Shown here piece after piece: positions 37,654-51,070 of a stretch of DNA of 64,000 bases. The notes under the pieces are model-generated. The model was not told where the DNA came from, did no database searches, and saw only the letters and a list, made by a program, of their open reading frames with translations. Origin of the DNA: Malacoraja senta (taxonomy: Eukaryota); contig CM075993.1 in the NCBI GenBank assembly GCA_038087875.1, positions 4,528,001 through 4,592,000 on the forward strand, given 5' to 3'. The translations under genes were made by a program, and so were the position numbers. How positions within the stretch are numbered: position 1 is the first letter of the stretch; each line of letters starts with the position of its first letter.

Positions 37654-37845
37654 CTGGATAAAGGTGGCCAGCAGAATGCAGCTCATCTCCTGCTCCAGGA
37701 TGATCTTGTTCTGCCGGTTGTTGTAACAAGCCGTGATCAGTGTTGGGAACAGGACTTTGATCAGACGCTGGTCACTGAAGTATTGGAAAGGCAGCTGGCA
37801 AAGCTTCTGCAGCACCGTGGGATGTCGGCCTGACTGAACTGTCAC
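37654..37845 (-). CDS. SCAPER: SCAPER third-to-last coding exon (64 codons)
   Basis: On -: acceptor ctttctttcag|GTG, donor CAG|gtaaac. Translates VTVQSGRHPTVLQKLCQLPFQYFSDQRLIKVLFPTLITACYNNRQNKIILEQEMSCILLATFIQ, near-identical to the recalled vertebrate SCAPER C-terminal region. Confidence 0.95.
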
Positions 37846-40800
37846 CTGAAAGAAAGCAGTTCATAAAATAGTTTTAAAAAATCAGCAGGAGAATTAATAA
37901 TATACAAACTTCGTTGATTGGATTTATTATATACACATCATGCCCGCAATTACTCTCCCCATGAGCACTATTGCCAGAGAGCCTCTGTTTTCTATCTTCT
38001 CTGCCTCGTAGCCCGGACTAGACGGAAACTCTTCATGCTCGAGTCGACCATTTCTCATGTTGTAGTTGGCCTCACGGTTTCAGAAGTACACCAGGAACAG
38101 CAATTCATATTACCTAAATGGAGAGTTTGCCGAGCTCGGAGATGCATGATTTAAAAGAGGACAAACAGAACGTTATCATTTATTGCCAGGGGAACTGAAC
38201 ATCAAAGCAGAAGTTTGTGCTTCAGTTAGACAGGGCATTGGTGAGCGCATATCTGGAGGACTGTGTGTAGGTGACCAAAAAATGTCGATCGTGTTAAAAA
38301 AAAAGCACGCACAAATTCTGGTGCAATGATATAGGGGGTGAACGTGGTGAAAATGCACATGATACCAGCAGCTTCAGAAGACAAATAGGTTAATTTCAAC
38401 AGTAGACACAAAATGCTGGAGTAAATGCTGGACAGTTGGCATCTCTGGAGAGAAGGAATGTGTGACGTTTTGGGTCGAGACCTTTAGATGGCAACTGGGT
38501 TTCACAACTCTTTACATAATTTACCTACCTGTAATATTTCTATCTTTATCATCTCAACCATGAGCTGTTTGGCAATTCCTGTCGCTTTGAGTGTGTGCTG
38601 CCTCTTACATGTAAACCCATTTGTGTTGTTGCTTTATTAAAGTGGTTAGGACAGATTAGTACAGCACACAGCTACAAGCGGGCATGTCCTTACCTTGCGC
38701 TGTTTAGCACCGTGTCAATGGCAACAAAATGGGACACGAGACAACGCAGATGCCAGAGTAGGGAAGTGGTTACCTCCAAATGACCGCTTCAGTGGAAGAA
38801 AGGTCAGAGGTCACGCATGACATGGCAGAGGAAACAGCTCTGGAATGTCCCATTCTGCGGTACAATAACCTTTAAACAGCCCTGGGCCATGAAAGGCATT
38901 TGCGGCAATCGTTCCACTAGCTGTTGCAAGAGTTCCAATTCCTTATTCTTAATTAAATGAATTATTGTTCATCTGATAGTCAGCAGAGTCGTATTCTGGG
39001 TGAGGCATGGAAAATTAATCAGCTTTTCTTATCTCAATTGCTATTCTAGTACATGTTGGGAATTCACCTGTCAGGTGAGAACAAATAGGACAGATTCCTT
39101 CTCTCCAGAGACGCTGCCTGCCCCGCTGAGTTACTCCAGCTTTCGGTTTAAACCAGCATCTGCAGTTCCTTCCTACAAATAGGAAAGCTGTGATGCTTTG
39201 CACAGTCAAATATCGGTGAGACATTCATCTTCGAGGCTTATATTTAAAAAATGGCTATTTGAGTAACTTACTAGAGTCCTGCTAACACTTCTGTAAATGG
39301 ACCCTTCAAGAATTCTGATGAAGGATTTTCAACCAGAAACATTAATTCTGTTTCTTTTTCCACAGATGCTGCCTGACCTCCTGAGTGTTTCCAGCATTTT
39401 CAGATTTTACCTCAACTAAATTCTGAGCCTTCAAATCAATGATGAGAACATTAAAGAGTGTTGGTGTTTATTTATTGCTTTTCCCAGTTATTCCATGTTC
39501 AGATATATTGTTCCATTTCACCGCCCACCTACCAAGTAAATCGGGAGCCATCTGACCAGTCACTGATTGCAATACTTAATACGTATTTTACACAAACAAC
39601 ACTGAACTGTTGTTAAAAGGATTCACAATCCTATGGGAATCTTTGTGCATTTCAGATTGGATTTCAGGATGTTCAGATATTTGATCCCAATTTTCTTAGT
39701 GATAATATGGACAATTGAATGACTTTTTGTATCAAGTAGAGTTTGCTTATTCCCTGGCAAGGAGATGATGTGTTCTAACTCTTACTCTAACTTCTACATG
39801 GTAAACCTTGCAGCTCCTTGGCAGCAGCCAAACTAACTTCAGCCTGTCTTTTCTTATCGTGCACGTGCGACAAGCAGAGCTTTTAAAATGCCAGAGATGC
39901 ATTTTCACTCTCTTTTAAGATCAGAATTGCAGGAAATAACACTGGGAAATAAGATTCTGAGAATCGGGCACTGGGAAATTGAACGCAAAAGGTAAAGGAA
40001 AATCGGTACAAGTCATTGATAGACTGCAGCTGGGATTCTAAGTAGTCTGTGTACAGTTTTTCTACACACTTTCTGGGAGGCTGAACAGACAATTTGTGGA
40101 ACTGGTCAAAGGATTCACGATAAAGCCCACAAAAGAGTCATTGCTCTTGGATTATTTCATGAACATTTTATGACTCCTTTCAGAAAAGTGACCTTCGTGA
40201 ACCTGAAAAAAATCTTTCCAGTGTGCCTTCCCCTCGCCTCCAACCTTTTAGCAGCCAAGTTGACCGAACCTAATGATGCATGAATAGCCTTGGTCTCCAA
40301 AGGCACAGCGGTACCCAATTAAACTCCTGTTCCTTCCCCCTCGACCCACCAAATGTAGCATTAGTTTTCTGCATGAAGAATACCTGTTCTACAGAGATTT
40401 TACTGCAGTCTATGTTAAAAAGCAAGCAGCGTTCGAAAAGCGAAAAGAGGTGGCGTTGGAGGCTGGTGTTGGGCATGTGTTGGGGGGGGGGGGGAAGGGA
40501 AGGTGGTGTTGGGCATGTGGTGGGGGGGGGGAAGGGAGAGAGGACTTCAAAAAAATTCCAGCAATGTCGCCATTCACTTTTCTTATCACTTCTCTCATCA
40601 GCTCAGCAGAGTCCAAGAGTAAGACTGTTTAGACTAATGGGACTTGTCATAAAGCAGGCCAAGTTTACAGAGAGACTCGCGCACATTAAGAAATGAAGCA
40701 ATACCACTAATGGAACCTTGCTGTGCCCACATCCTGTTAGTTCTACAGAACCTTTTCAATCAAGTCATTAAATTCAACTAACTGATATTAAAATCAAATC

Positions 40801-41584
40801 ACTCCCAGGTTAGGTTGATTACCAATGAACAATAAGGAAACATAAATTCCCCAGGAGCAGTCTTTCTTCAGCCTGGGAGGTAGGCAGGGCCAGGCCTGGA
40901 GGAGCAGTAAAACTGCAGCTCGCGATTGTAAATTGTGGATTGGCAAAGCACAACCTTTCCAGGCGTAGCCACTCACACTGACTACCACCCAAATTAAAGC
41001 CAGAGGTGCTGCACGAAACAAAGGGGCCTGTGACAACATAAATTTCAGGGCTTTACAAGATTTCTTTCAAAGGATTTTTAACAGCTGCTGCGGAATATAC
41101 GGGCCCACTGATCATGTACTTGAGTTGTAAGAATGCAAGTAAACAAATCCAAGTTTCAGGCACGAGGGCGAGAGTCCCGCTGCCAAGGGTTGTAAAATAT
41201 AGCCAGCAACAATATGTGACACACGACTTAACGCTGCATACTGTGCAAGACACTGACGACAGTGATTTACGGTGCGAGATTAAAGGGGAGCGCACAGTGA
41301 GAGAGAAAAAAATGACATCCAACGTACTGAAGAAAAGATGAAATCAGAAATCTGGCAAGATCAGTGCTCTGAATCAGTTGGAAAACGAACACAGTGTTGA
41401 GACAGGTTCAGGTGGCATAACAAGGGATTAAAAACACTCAGAGAAAATACTACCAGCTATGGCAGGAAAGAATAAGATAACATCTTAGCAGGGATCCTTC
41501 ATCAGAAATGGTTTAAAGCCATTCGATTTTTCAATCATATATTTCCACCGCTTTGCATTTTGTTTGTCCTGTGGGCTACAGCAT

Positions 41585-41835
41585 TAAAAGACCCCAGGAC
41601 ACTATTTTGAAGTAGAACAGTGAGTGCACTGGATTATGTTTATCCCTCCACCGACATTGCTAGAACAGATTATCTGGATGTTATTAAATGTCATTTATTG
41701 GGGCTAGCTGTGCACAAATTGGCTGCCATGTTTCCTACACTATAACACTGAACGTGCTTCAGAAGTAGTTAATTGGCTGTAAAGTGCTTTGGGGCATCCT
41801 GAGATCATGATAGACATTCAATAAATGCAAGTTAA
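41585..41835 (+). mobile_element. Old DeuSINE (SacSINE1/AmnSINE-like) remnant
   Basis: TATCCCTC..C.ACAT...AACAGATTATCTGG...GCTGTGCACAAATTGGCTGCCATGTTTCCTACA...TTGGCTGTAAAGTGCTTTGGG.CATCCTGAG...ATAAATGCAAG, matching the recalled consensus. Confidence 0.65.
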
Positions 41836-42424
41836 AAAAAAAAATAAAGTACGAAACAAAAATGGAGAAAAATATACAATTAAAATGCAAGCGTCGCAAA
41901 GTCAAAATGAAGTGATTTCCCCCCCCCAGTAAATTATGAGTTGGTTTGGCGTTTTCAATAGTGGGTTCAGAATGTGCCAGGAAATAATGAAACATTGAAT
42001 ATTTTGCATTTTTCATTGTTGAATAAACAGTGTTGTTACTAACCAAATAGTAGTCAGTCATACAGCACGGAAACAGTGCCTTCAGACCAACTGGTCTATG
42101 CCGACCAAGATATGCATCAATATTTGTCTGCATTTGACCAACACCCTCCTTTTCTTTTGTATCCATAAACTTGTCCAAATGTCCCCTAAATGTTGTTATT
42201 GTACCTGTTATTGTTGTCTTGGTTTAAAAAGTGTATGCCTTTCAAATTAGAGAATTACTGGATTAAAAAAAAAAAATGTTGGTATTAACGATGCAAGCTT
42301 CACATGGATTTATCAGATAAACTCTGGTTTCATCGTTGATGTTGGGTGCCAGCCTTTGCCTTGTGTGTAACACTCTAGTCAGAACACTGGAGGTCCCCCA
42401 CTAATCCTTGGCCTCATTCTCCGC

Positions 42425-42937
42425 CTTTAAAACTTTTTCTAATCTCTTAACTCGACGGAGATGCGAATTTTTCCCGTTTCGTATGACCGTCCGCACTGCG
42501 GCCTAACATCGAGGAGTTGGCGGCCTTTGCTAGAGACCGACTTCGAGAGAGACTTTAACATCGCGGAGCTCGCGATCCCTTTGCCAGAGATCGACCTCTA
42601 AGCTCTACCGTGGGTGCCTGCGGACTTTAACATGGTGGAGCCCGCGCTCTCTGGTCAGAGACCGACTTCGGAAACTCCAAGCCGCAGGAGCTTCGACCAC
42701 CCGCACGGATGGTTCGACTGCCCCGACCGCGGGAGAAAAATGAGGGAAGATAAGTAGACTTTATTGCCTTCCATCACAGTGAGGAATGTGGGGAATCCGC
42801 TGTGGTGGATGTTTATGTTAACTTTTATGTAGTTGTGTGTCTAGTTGCTTTTTTTTTGTATGGCCGTATGGTAATTAGCATATCACTGTACCTTAATTGG
42901 TACACGTGACAATAAAAGACCTTTGAAACCTTTGAAA
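42425..42937 (+). mobile_element. CpG-rich non-LTR element 3' end with internal degenerate repeats and a (CCTTTGAAA)2 tail
   Basis: Recurring TAACATCG.GGAG...AGAGA.CGAC.TC units. The end CACTGTACC...GGTACACGTGACAATAAA is shared with 2175-2335. Confidence 0.6.
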
Positions 42938-44309
42938 TGTTTCACAAAACCTTCTTGCTATAGTAGACAATTGAACTCTTGTTCCAATATCTCATATATT
43001 TTGTCTAAGTATCGAAGCATGAGATGTTGACTTCAATGGCAAGGCCATCAGCATGTATTGTCCATTTCTAACTGTGCTCAAATAGATGACGATGAAACAG
43101 CCCCTGAAACCCTGTTTGGTTAGTTTATTACTGTCATGTGAACTGAGGTACAGTGACATGTATTGCCTGCTATGCACTCAAAGAAAAGACCGTACATGAA
43201 TTCAATCAAGCCGTCCACGGTGCACAGATAAAGACAACAACATTCAGTGCAAGATATAATATTGAAGTCCGATAAGTCCAATTAAAGTGTGCTTTGAGGC
43301 AAGGTATTTAAGGCTTATTACCCATTGTTCCCTGTAACCCTGCTCATTCACCCGAGCCATTGTGAACCTCCTCTCTGAACCCAACCTGTTTAGTCCTGTA
43401 AGGATTTTATAGTTTTCTACCTGCCATTCCTCTTAATCTACACCTTGTTGATGCACTCACTCCCCTTATGTCAGTCTCATTGTCCAAGTATATATTTAAT
43501 AAATGTTTAATGCACTCCCTTCATTTTAAAAACATCCTATACCTGAGAGTAAAATTGCACTTAAAACTTAATAGAACTTACCAAGCATGTACTGCTGCAC
43601 AAATATATCCATACTCCTGTACTCAAATTGTCCAGCGGTGAAGGCCAACATACCATCAGGCTTCCTATCTACTTACTGTATCTCAATGCTTGCTGTCGGT
43701 GTACATGGACAAACTGGTTTGAACAAACCACTCCTTTTCCTAATTCATCACCATTCAGATAATAATCTATATTTTTTTTTAAACCAAAGTGGATAACCTC
43801 ACATTGGTACATATTACAATGCATCAATTATGCATTTGCCTACTGATCTAAATTGTCGAAGCCATATTGGAGCTCCTTTTTTTAATCTTCCTCACAGATC
43901 ACATTTCACCCCAGTTTTGTGTTGTCTCTCAACTTGTAAATTTTACATGTAAGGACACGAAGTGCTGGAGTAACTCAGCAGTTGAGGCAGCATCTATGGA
44001 GAACATGGTTTCGAGTCAGGGCCCTTCTTCAGACTGATTACCTCTGATCAGTCTGAAGAACTGTCTCGACCAACTCCAGCACTTTGTGTCCTTTTGTGTA
44101 TTAACCAGCTTCGGCCGTTCTGTGTTTCTACAAAGAACTGAAGATGCTGGTATACAAAAAGTATTACATTTAGTTCCCTCATCCAGCCAATGGACATAAA
44201 TTGTAAATAGATGTGGTCCGAGCACTGATCCTCACGACACTCCACCGGTCATCCACTGCCATCTGGAGAGAGGTCCATTTATCCCTACCCTCCATTTCCT
44301 GTCCACCAG

Positions 44310-44520
44310 CCAATTTTACATTTACCAAGCCAATTAACCTACAGACCTGTACGTCTTTGGAGTGTGGGAGGAAACCGAAGATCTCGGAGAATGCTCAACG
44401 CAGGTTACGGGGAGAACGTACAAATTCTGTACATACAGCACCCTTGGTCGGGATCGAACCCGGGTCTCTGGCGCTGTATTCGCTGTAAGGCAGCAACTCT
44501 ACCGCTGCGCCACCGTGACC
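44310..44520 (-). mobile_element. V-SINE (HE1-like), 5' part
   Basis: Reverse head plus V-domain. An oppositely oriented copy lies at ~44785-45060. Confidence 0.75.
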
Positions 44521-47500
44521 GCCCAGAGATGCTGTCTGACCCGCTGAGTTACTCCAGCTTTTTGTGTCAATCTTTGGTTTAAACAAGCATCTGCAGTTCC
44601 TTCTGACACAAATAGAAAAAGGCTGCAGTTCCTCACATATTTAAATTCTATGACTTTGCTCTGGCATTTTAAATGGAAAAGAAATCTCAAATTTCCTTTA
44701 AATACCGTAAGGATGAGAGTGGCTTTTGTATATTTAGAGCTGCAATCAAAGTGGCACAGCAAGTATTAACCTAAACTAAACTAGTAAAGCTGCTGCCTCA
44801 CAGCTCCAGAGACCCGGTTGAAAGCTGATCTTGGGTGCTGTCTGTGTATGGAGTTTGCATGTTCTTCCTGTGACTGTGTGGGTTTCCTCTGAGTGCTCCG
44901 GTTTCCTTCCACATCCCAAAGATGCGCGGATTTGGATTTGTAGGTTAAATGGCCTCCGTAAATTGCCCCTGGTATGTAGGGAAGGTGGGATAACATGGAA
45001 CTAGTGTGACGTTCGGAGTGGGCTTGGTGGACAAAGGGCTCGTTTCCATGCTGAATCTTTTAATCAATTCAATCCATCGGCCAACCTTGTCTCTGGCCAG
45101 GCAAAAGGCCACAAAGTGCTGAAGTACTTCAGCAGGTCAGGCAGCATTTCTGAAGAACATGGATAAGTGATGTTTCAGAACGAGACCCTTCTTCAGACAC
45201 TTCAGTTTGTAACGCTCAAGCAGTTGGATTGACATTTCTAATGTCAAATAAGAATAGCAGACTTTACCACAGTGGTAGTTAAATAGGGATATTACTGTTG
45301 GTTCCTGTTGTGGGCATTTATTTGCAATTTAAAAGATAAAATGATATTGTTGCGTGAAATATTACCGGAGCTTTTCATGGGCCTGTCCAAATACTGCTAA
45401 GGGCACTAGTGCCAACTCTGATCTCGTGATGGGATCAATTTAACCAAATCTGGCAATCCCAGCGAGCAGTGCACATTTACTAGATGTGCGTTCAGGTCGC
45501 CATCTCCCAACGTGACCTCTGGGAATCAGAAAAAAAAGGTAAAGTGAGCTCGAAGGTCATTTTGGGAAGTGTGTTTCCTCACGGAAAGCTACACTGGTCA
45601 TTAAGAAAGCCTCTAAGCGAAGATCTTCAATGAAATGGCACCTCCCAATGGCCTCATTATTTTCACTACACTCTTCTCTCACTGTTATTACCAGCAATGT
45701 TTTCGTTAGCCAGCTTTCAATCCTCTGGTTACTAATTCTGTGTTTACTCATTAAGGTTGTGACAGCTGAATATTTCACCCTGCCAACTATTGTGGGAAGC
45801 CATGCCATTGCACATCCTGTGTAAGCCCACTCCGGCACTTATCTCAATTAGACACCCGTCTGTGGCTGATTTGCAAGAGATCAGTGCTGGATCATTACTT
45901 GGTGCAGCAGCCAGTTGCCCAGAATCAGAGAGATTCCTCTGGATCAGTTAACAGATCAAAACATTTGATTGTGCTTGGGTTTGGCCAAAGAGGAAAGTTG
46001 ATGCTGAATATAATGCCTCACAAACAGCAGCAACTCTATCATGTGTCTAATGGGCTTGAGATTTAAATAAAAAATCTTGGCAGTACATAGTGACGCAGTT
46101 TAATCAACTAGGAGACATACAATTTGCATCAGGCACTGGCACAGAAATCCCACTTTATAGGCCATATTTTCCTTTTACTTTCTCCCTTTACTAATTAAAA
46201 GATTAGTAGGGAATTTCTGTGCTTTTTAAAGGATGGAAAACAGAGAGATGTTACATTGGATATAGAGCTACATTGAAGAATAAGACGCAAGCACTGCAAA
46301 AGAATGTAAGGAGGTTAATTAATCAGGCAGGGTAGGTAGCAACAATCTGGGAGCACAGAGTTATCAACTTTAGACAGAAGATGTTAAAAGCAGAATTATG
46401 TTTTTCAAAGCTAAGTAACTCGTAAATGTTGTGGATTGGGGAGGTAAGTGTTCTTATCTATGAATCAGAAAGTTACTCTGATAATATAGCAAACAAACTG
46501 GAATTCAAAAGAAATGTTATTGGAAGAGGACTTAACGGAATGATGTCATGCGTCATGCAATAGATTAGGTTTTGGTGAATCTACATCCTTTCCCCTAACT
46601 CAGTCTGAGGAAGGGTCTCGACCCAAAGCGTTCTCTCCAGAGATGCTGCCTGTCCTGCTGAGTTACTCCAGCATTTTGGGTCTATCTTAGGTTTGGGAAT
46701 CTACATCTAAGTAATAGTTTTGGTCTCCTTACTTAGGAAAGGAGATATCTGCTTTAGAAGTTTAGTTGTAATGGTAAATTACTCTATTCCTGTGTCGAAA
46801 GAACGTGGAATGTGCTTTTATTTTCCAGAGATAAATAAAACTATATTGAATATAAATAAAACTGTATTGAAACAATATTTTTTTAAGAGGGCTTGAATCT
46901 ATCGGCTGCAGGGATCTGATATTGACTCAGATAAGGACCCAACCTTAGGGCTGAGATGTGAAGAAACGTCTTCACTGAGTGTGTTATGAATGTTCAATTC
47001 TTATCCTAGCAAATTCAACAGTGTGTATACTCAAGACTGATGTAGCAAACCTTACGGCGTCAAGAAATTCAGAGATTATGAACATTAATTTAAGGATACT
47101 GTGAATTAGGAAATTGATTACAAAATTCTGCCAGTCTATGATTTTGGATTATGTTATATCCTGGTTGCATTGTTTACCTGTTTTCTCAGGAAAAGGCTGT
47201 AAATATATAGAGAGATTAGCACTGAATCTAGGGTCAAATTAATAGTCCACTGACAATTTGTAAGTGCAGGCTGAGGTAAGGGTAGCTTGTCACGCTGCTT
47301 TGAGTCAGGTTTCAAAGGTGGTCTGAAGATTTGACAGACGAATCAGGTTTTTACTTCCACTTCCAGATGTTGAGCAGATAATAGCCTTTTGCCAAAACCT
47401 GCAGAGTGTACGCATTGCGCAAAGTGGGAGAGCTTTGGATTGAATAATAAAAAAACGACCCACCTTCTGCATATTGAAGCACGTGCTAATATGGCATAGG

Positions 47501-48144
47501 AAGGAACTCTAGATGCTGGTTTAAACCGAAAATAGACACAAAAAACTGGAGTAACTCAGCGGATAGAAACAAAAAGTTGGAGAAACTCAGCAGAGAGACA
47601 CAACCCAAGCATCCTCTTTCTCTCCATCTTCCCCCACCCAAGTCGTACCAGCTTCAAAGTCGTCTTGTTTGTCATTGTCTGTACTCGTTCTCACCTAAGC
47701 CACAGCCAACAATGGCCTGTTTCCTTTATCATCGTTACTTTTTTGCATCTTTCATTCATATGTTCTATATCTCTCTCCATCACCGTCTATATCTCTCTTT
47801 TCCCATTCCCCTGACTCTCAGTCTGAAGAAGGGTCTCGTCACCTTTTCCTTCTCTCCAGAGATGCTGCCTGACCCGCTGAGTTACTCCAGCTTTTTGTGT
47901 CTATGTGGTAATATGGCATTGCTTCTGCGTTACCTAGGAGATTTCTATGCAACTTATTGTAACCTCTTCCTTTTTCCAAATTGGATTTGCAGATTTCAGT
48001 TATTAAATTTAAATGGAGATTGGGGTGAGGGAGGGGAGAAAAGGGATGGTGGGGTACATGTCAGTCATATATCCATCGTCTATCCAATGTAGAGTGATGT
48101 TTAAAAGAATTTGGCTGTCTTCAGCATTAATACAGGACTGTGGT

Positions 48145-48787
48145 CAAAAAGGCTTTTGGTACATTGGCCTTCATCAGTCAGAGTATTGAGTTTAGAAGTT
48201 GGGAGGTCATGTTGCAGTTGAAAAAATACGTTGGTGAGACTGCTTTTATGAGTATTGTGTTCAGTCTGGGCACCATGTTATAGGAAATATGTTGTCAAGC
48301 TGGAAAAGGTACAGAGAAGATTTACGAGGATGTTGCCAGGACTAGAGGGTCTAAGCTATAGGGAGAGGTTGAGTAGGCTTGGACTCTATTCCCTGGAGCA
48401 CAGGGGGATGAGGGGTGATCTTATAGAGGTGTATAAAATCATGAGAGGAATGCATCGGGTAGATGCATAGTCTCTTGCCCAGAGTAGATGAATCGAGGAC
48501 CAGAGGACATTGGTTTAAGGTGAAGGGGAAAATATTTAATAGATATCTGAGGGGTTACTTTTTCACACATAGGGTGGTTGGTTTATGGAACAAGCTGCCA
48601 ATGGAGGTGGTTGAGGCTGGGACTATCCCAACGTTTAAGTAGTAGTTAGACAGGTACATTGATAGGACAGGTTTGGAAAGATATAGACCAAACGTAAGCT
48701 GGTGGGACTAGTGTAGCTGGGACATGTTGGCCAGTATGGACAATGTGGGCCGAAGGGCCTGTTTTTACACTATATCACTCCATGACT
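48145..48787 (+). mobile_element. CR1-clade LINE 3' fragment
   Basis: WAPCYRKYVVKLEKVQRRFTRMLPGLEGLSYRERLSRLGLYSLE..MRGDLIEVYKIMRG, with stops. Another copy lies at 51147-51420 (-). Confidence 0.88.
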
Positions 48788-49819
48788 GCATTGGACTCTA
48801 TTTGAATAGGACAATAAATAAGCAATGGGATGTCAGTGACTGTTAAGTGTAAGCGTGGCAAGCTGCTGTCAATGAACCACCTGGCAAACTCCTGCCTTTA
48901 ACTCTCATATCAAAGGGGGTGTACAGAAATTCATCTCATCAGTCCACTTTACCATCCATTGCACATCAAAACTCAACATACATTTATGACAAGCATTTTA
49001 CTCCTTTATCGTCTGCCCAAGTTACAGTAAATGAAAGTGGCAGCAATAGATCAGATTTTTTTTGGACATTTTTTGCATTTACATTGCAACCTCTTTTGAC
49101 TGTTCTAGAAACTGGGCAGGCAATCTGCTGCAAAATTTTTCCATGGCTGTCTATAACCAGAGCTAATTGTTTTTCCATGAATAGCTAGCTAATTTTCTCC
49201 CTTATTGAGTACGTCAGATCAATCTTGACAGTGAATGATAGAAAGTTGCTTCACTGGAAACCACCTAGCCTATCTTGTCTAAGTAGCCAAGGAGTTTTCT
49301 TGCCCATAATTCACGATCTTTTTTACTCGTGGACATTTTGCGAGTACCTATGACTAGCATCACGACCTGCTACGACCTCGTGACAACCATGCTGTCAAGG
49401 GCAAACTCGGCAGAGGTCGGGAATTAGGTCGTGAAAGTGGGACAGGCCCTTTAGTATGTTTTAAATTCTGCTTCTATCATCCTTTCCACCTACAAGTTAA
49501 ATACCCAGAACAACTTCTGGCAAAAATAATTCTCCTTTCCCAATTCTTTTTTAAGGAGTGACATGGTTTTGGTCCATTTTAAGTGCCGCACATCCTGCAC
49601 CTGTATCTTTCCCTCATTACATGCAGATCCACAAATGGAGACAATTATATTCAATCATTTTTTGGAGTATGGGTTTTTGCAATTAGGCTTGCGATTATTA
49701 TTGGCATGCGTACCACGGTATAATGAAAAACTTGGTTTTGCATGCTATCCAATCAGTTCAGATAGCAATATACTTAAATACAATCAAGTCAAACTCAAGT
49801 ACAATGGATAGAGTGTGTA

Positions 49820-50053
49820 TGAAAGAACTGCAGATGCTGGGTTAAATCGAAGATAGACACAAAATGCTGGAGTAACACAGCGGGACAGGCAGCATCTCCG
49901 GAGTGAAGGAACGGGTGATGTTTCGGGTCGAGACCCTTCTTCAATGATTTTTAAGATTCAATTCTTTGACGAAGAAGGGTCTAGACCCGAAACATCACCC
50001 ATTCCTTCTCTCCAGACATGCCGCCTGTCCCGCTGAGTTACTCCAGTATTTTG
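49820..50053. mobile_element. Palindromic Penelope-terminus element
   Basis: Inverted arms with a ~25-bp spacer, inserted in a Rex1-type tail. Confidence 0.72.
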
Positions 50054-50779
50054 TACAATAGGCAGAGCAAAGGGGAAGATACAGAGTGCAGAATTTAGCT
50101 CTCTGTGTTGTGGTGCATCGGTTCCAGAGACCTTATCTTTCTGCTGTATCTTTCTGCTTTGTTTATTTATAATCCACTCTTCTTGTAAAGATCATTTGCA
50201 AACATCTACGTCTAATATAGAATATTACAATGATTAGCTAAAATTAACAGAAAATGCTCTTGAGTAATTCAATTTTATTTTTGGTGATTTGCATTTTTTT
50301 TTTAAATGCTGCCATAGCCTCAAAAAACTTCTCTCCTCCAATGCGCACACAGATGCCAGATGCAACGTAGAAAGCAATTTATTAATGCTCAAAATTTTCT
50401 TTGAAGACTATGTATATCAGGGGTTAATGTCAATGGAAGGAATCTTTCATACTTGTGGTGGATAGTTTTGCTTTAAAGATAGAAGATCTGCATTATTTCC
50501 TCCCGTACGTACATAAACAGAACCCGAGGCAGAGGCACTGAATCAGCAGAAAATATCACAGGACTGGCCTATTTCTTGCTCTCAGGTCAATTCTACATTG
50601 CTTTATAGTTTCCACCAGTGCTTACATTAGCGCTGAGATGCAAAGGCTGTTCCAAAACCTCCAATCGTGAGCCTTGCGTAACCTTTTGAAACTCTGACAA
50701 ATATTTCTCCAGCGCGCAACTGACAAGATTAAAACCCCTTTACTTGGAATAGGAAGAAGATGAAAGAAAAACAGTCAAT

Positions 50780-51070
50780 GGCATTTGTATAGCATCTCTC
50801 AATCCTTATTAGGACATCTTCAAGCACTTTTCAACTAATGTAGTATTTCTGTAGTTTAGTCACTGTGGGAAAGTGCAGCAGACTACTCAAATTTCTGTAA
50901 AATCCCATATATTCATGAAAGACCTCTGCTTAAAAACTGAAAATGGCACCTCTGACAATGCAGCATACCCACAGTAAGGAACTAAAGTACTTGTCTAGTC
51001 TTTAATACTGATACGATTTGAATCGATACCCTTCTGATGCTGACAAGAATATGTTACCAACTGAGTTACA
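50780..51070 (-). mobile_element. Old DeuSINE-like remnant
   Basis: Degenerate reverse copy of the 41.6-kb element, plus a tRNA-like head (GATTTGAATC...TTCTGA...ACCAACTGAG). Another remnant lies at ~62130-62500. Confidence 0.5.
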
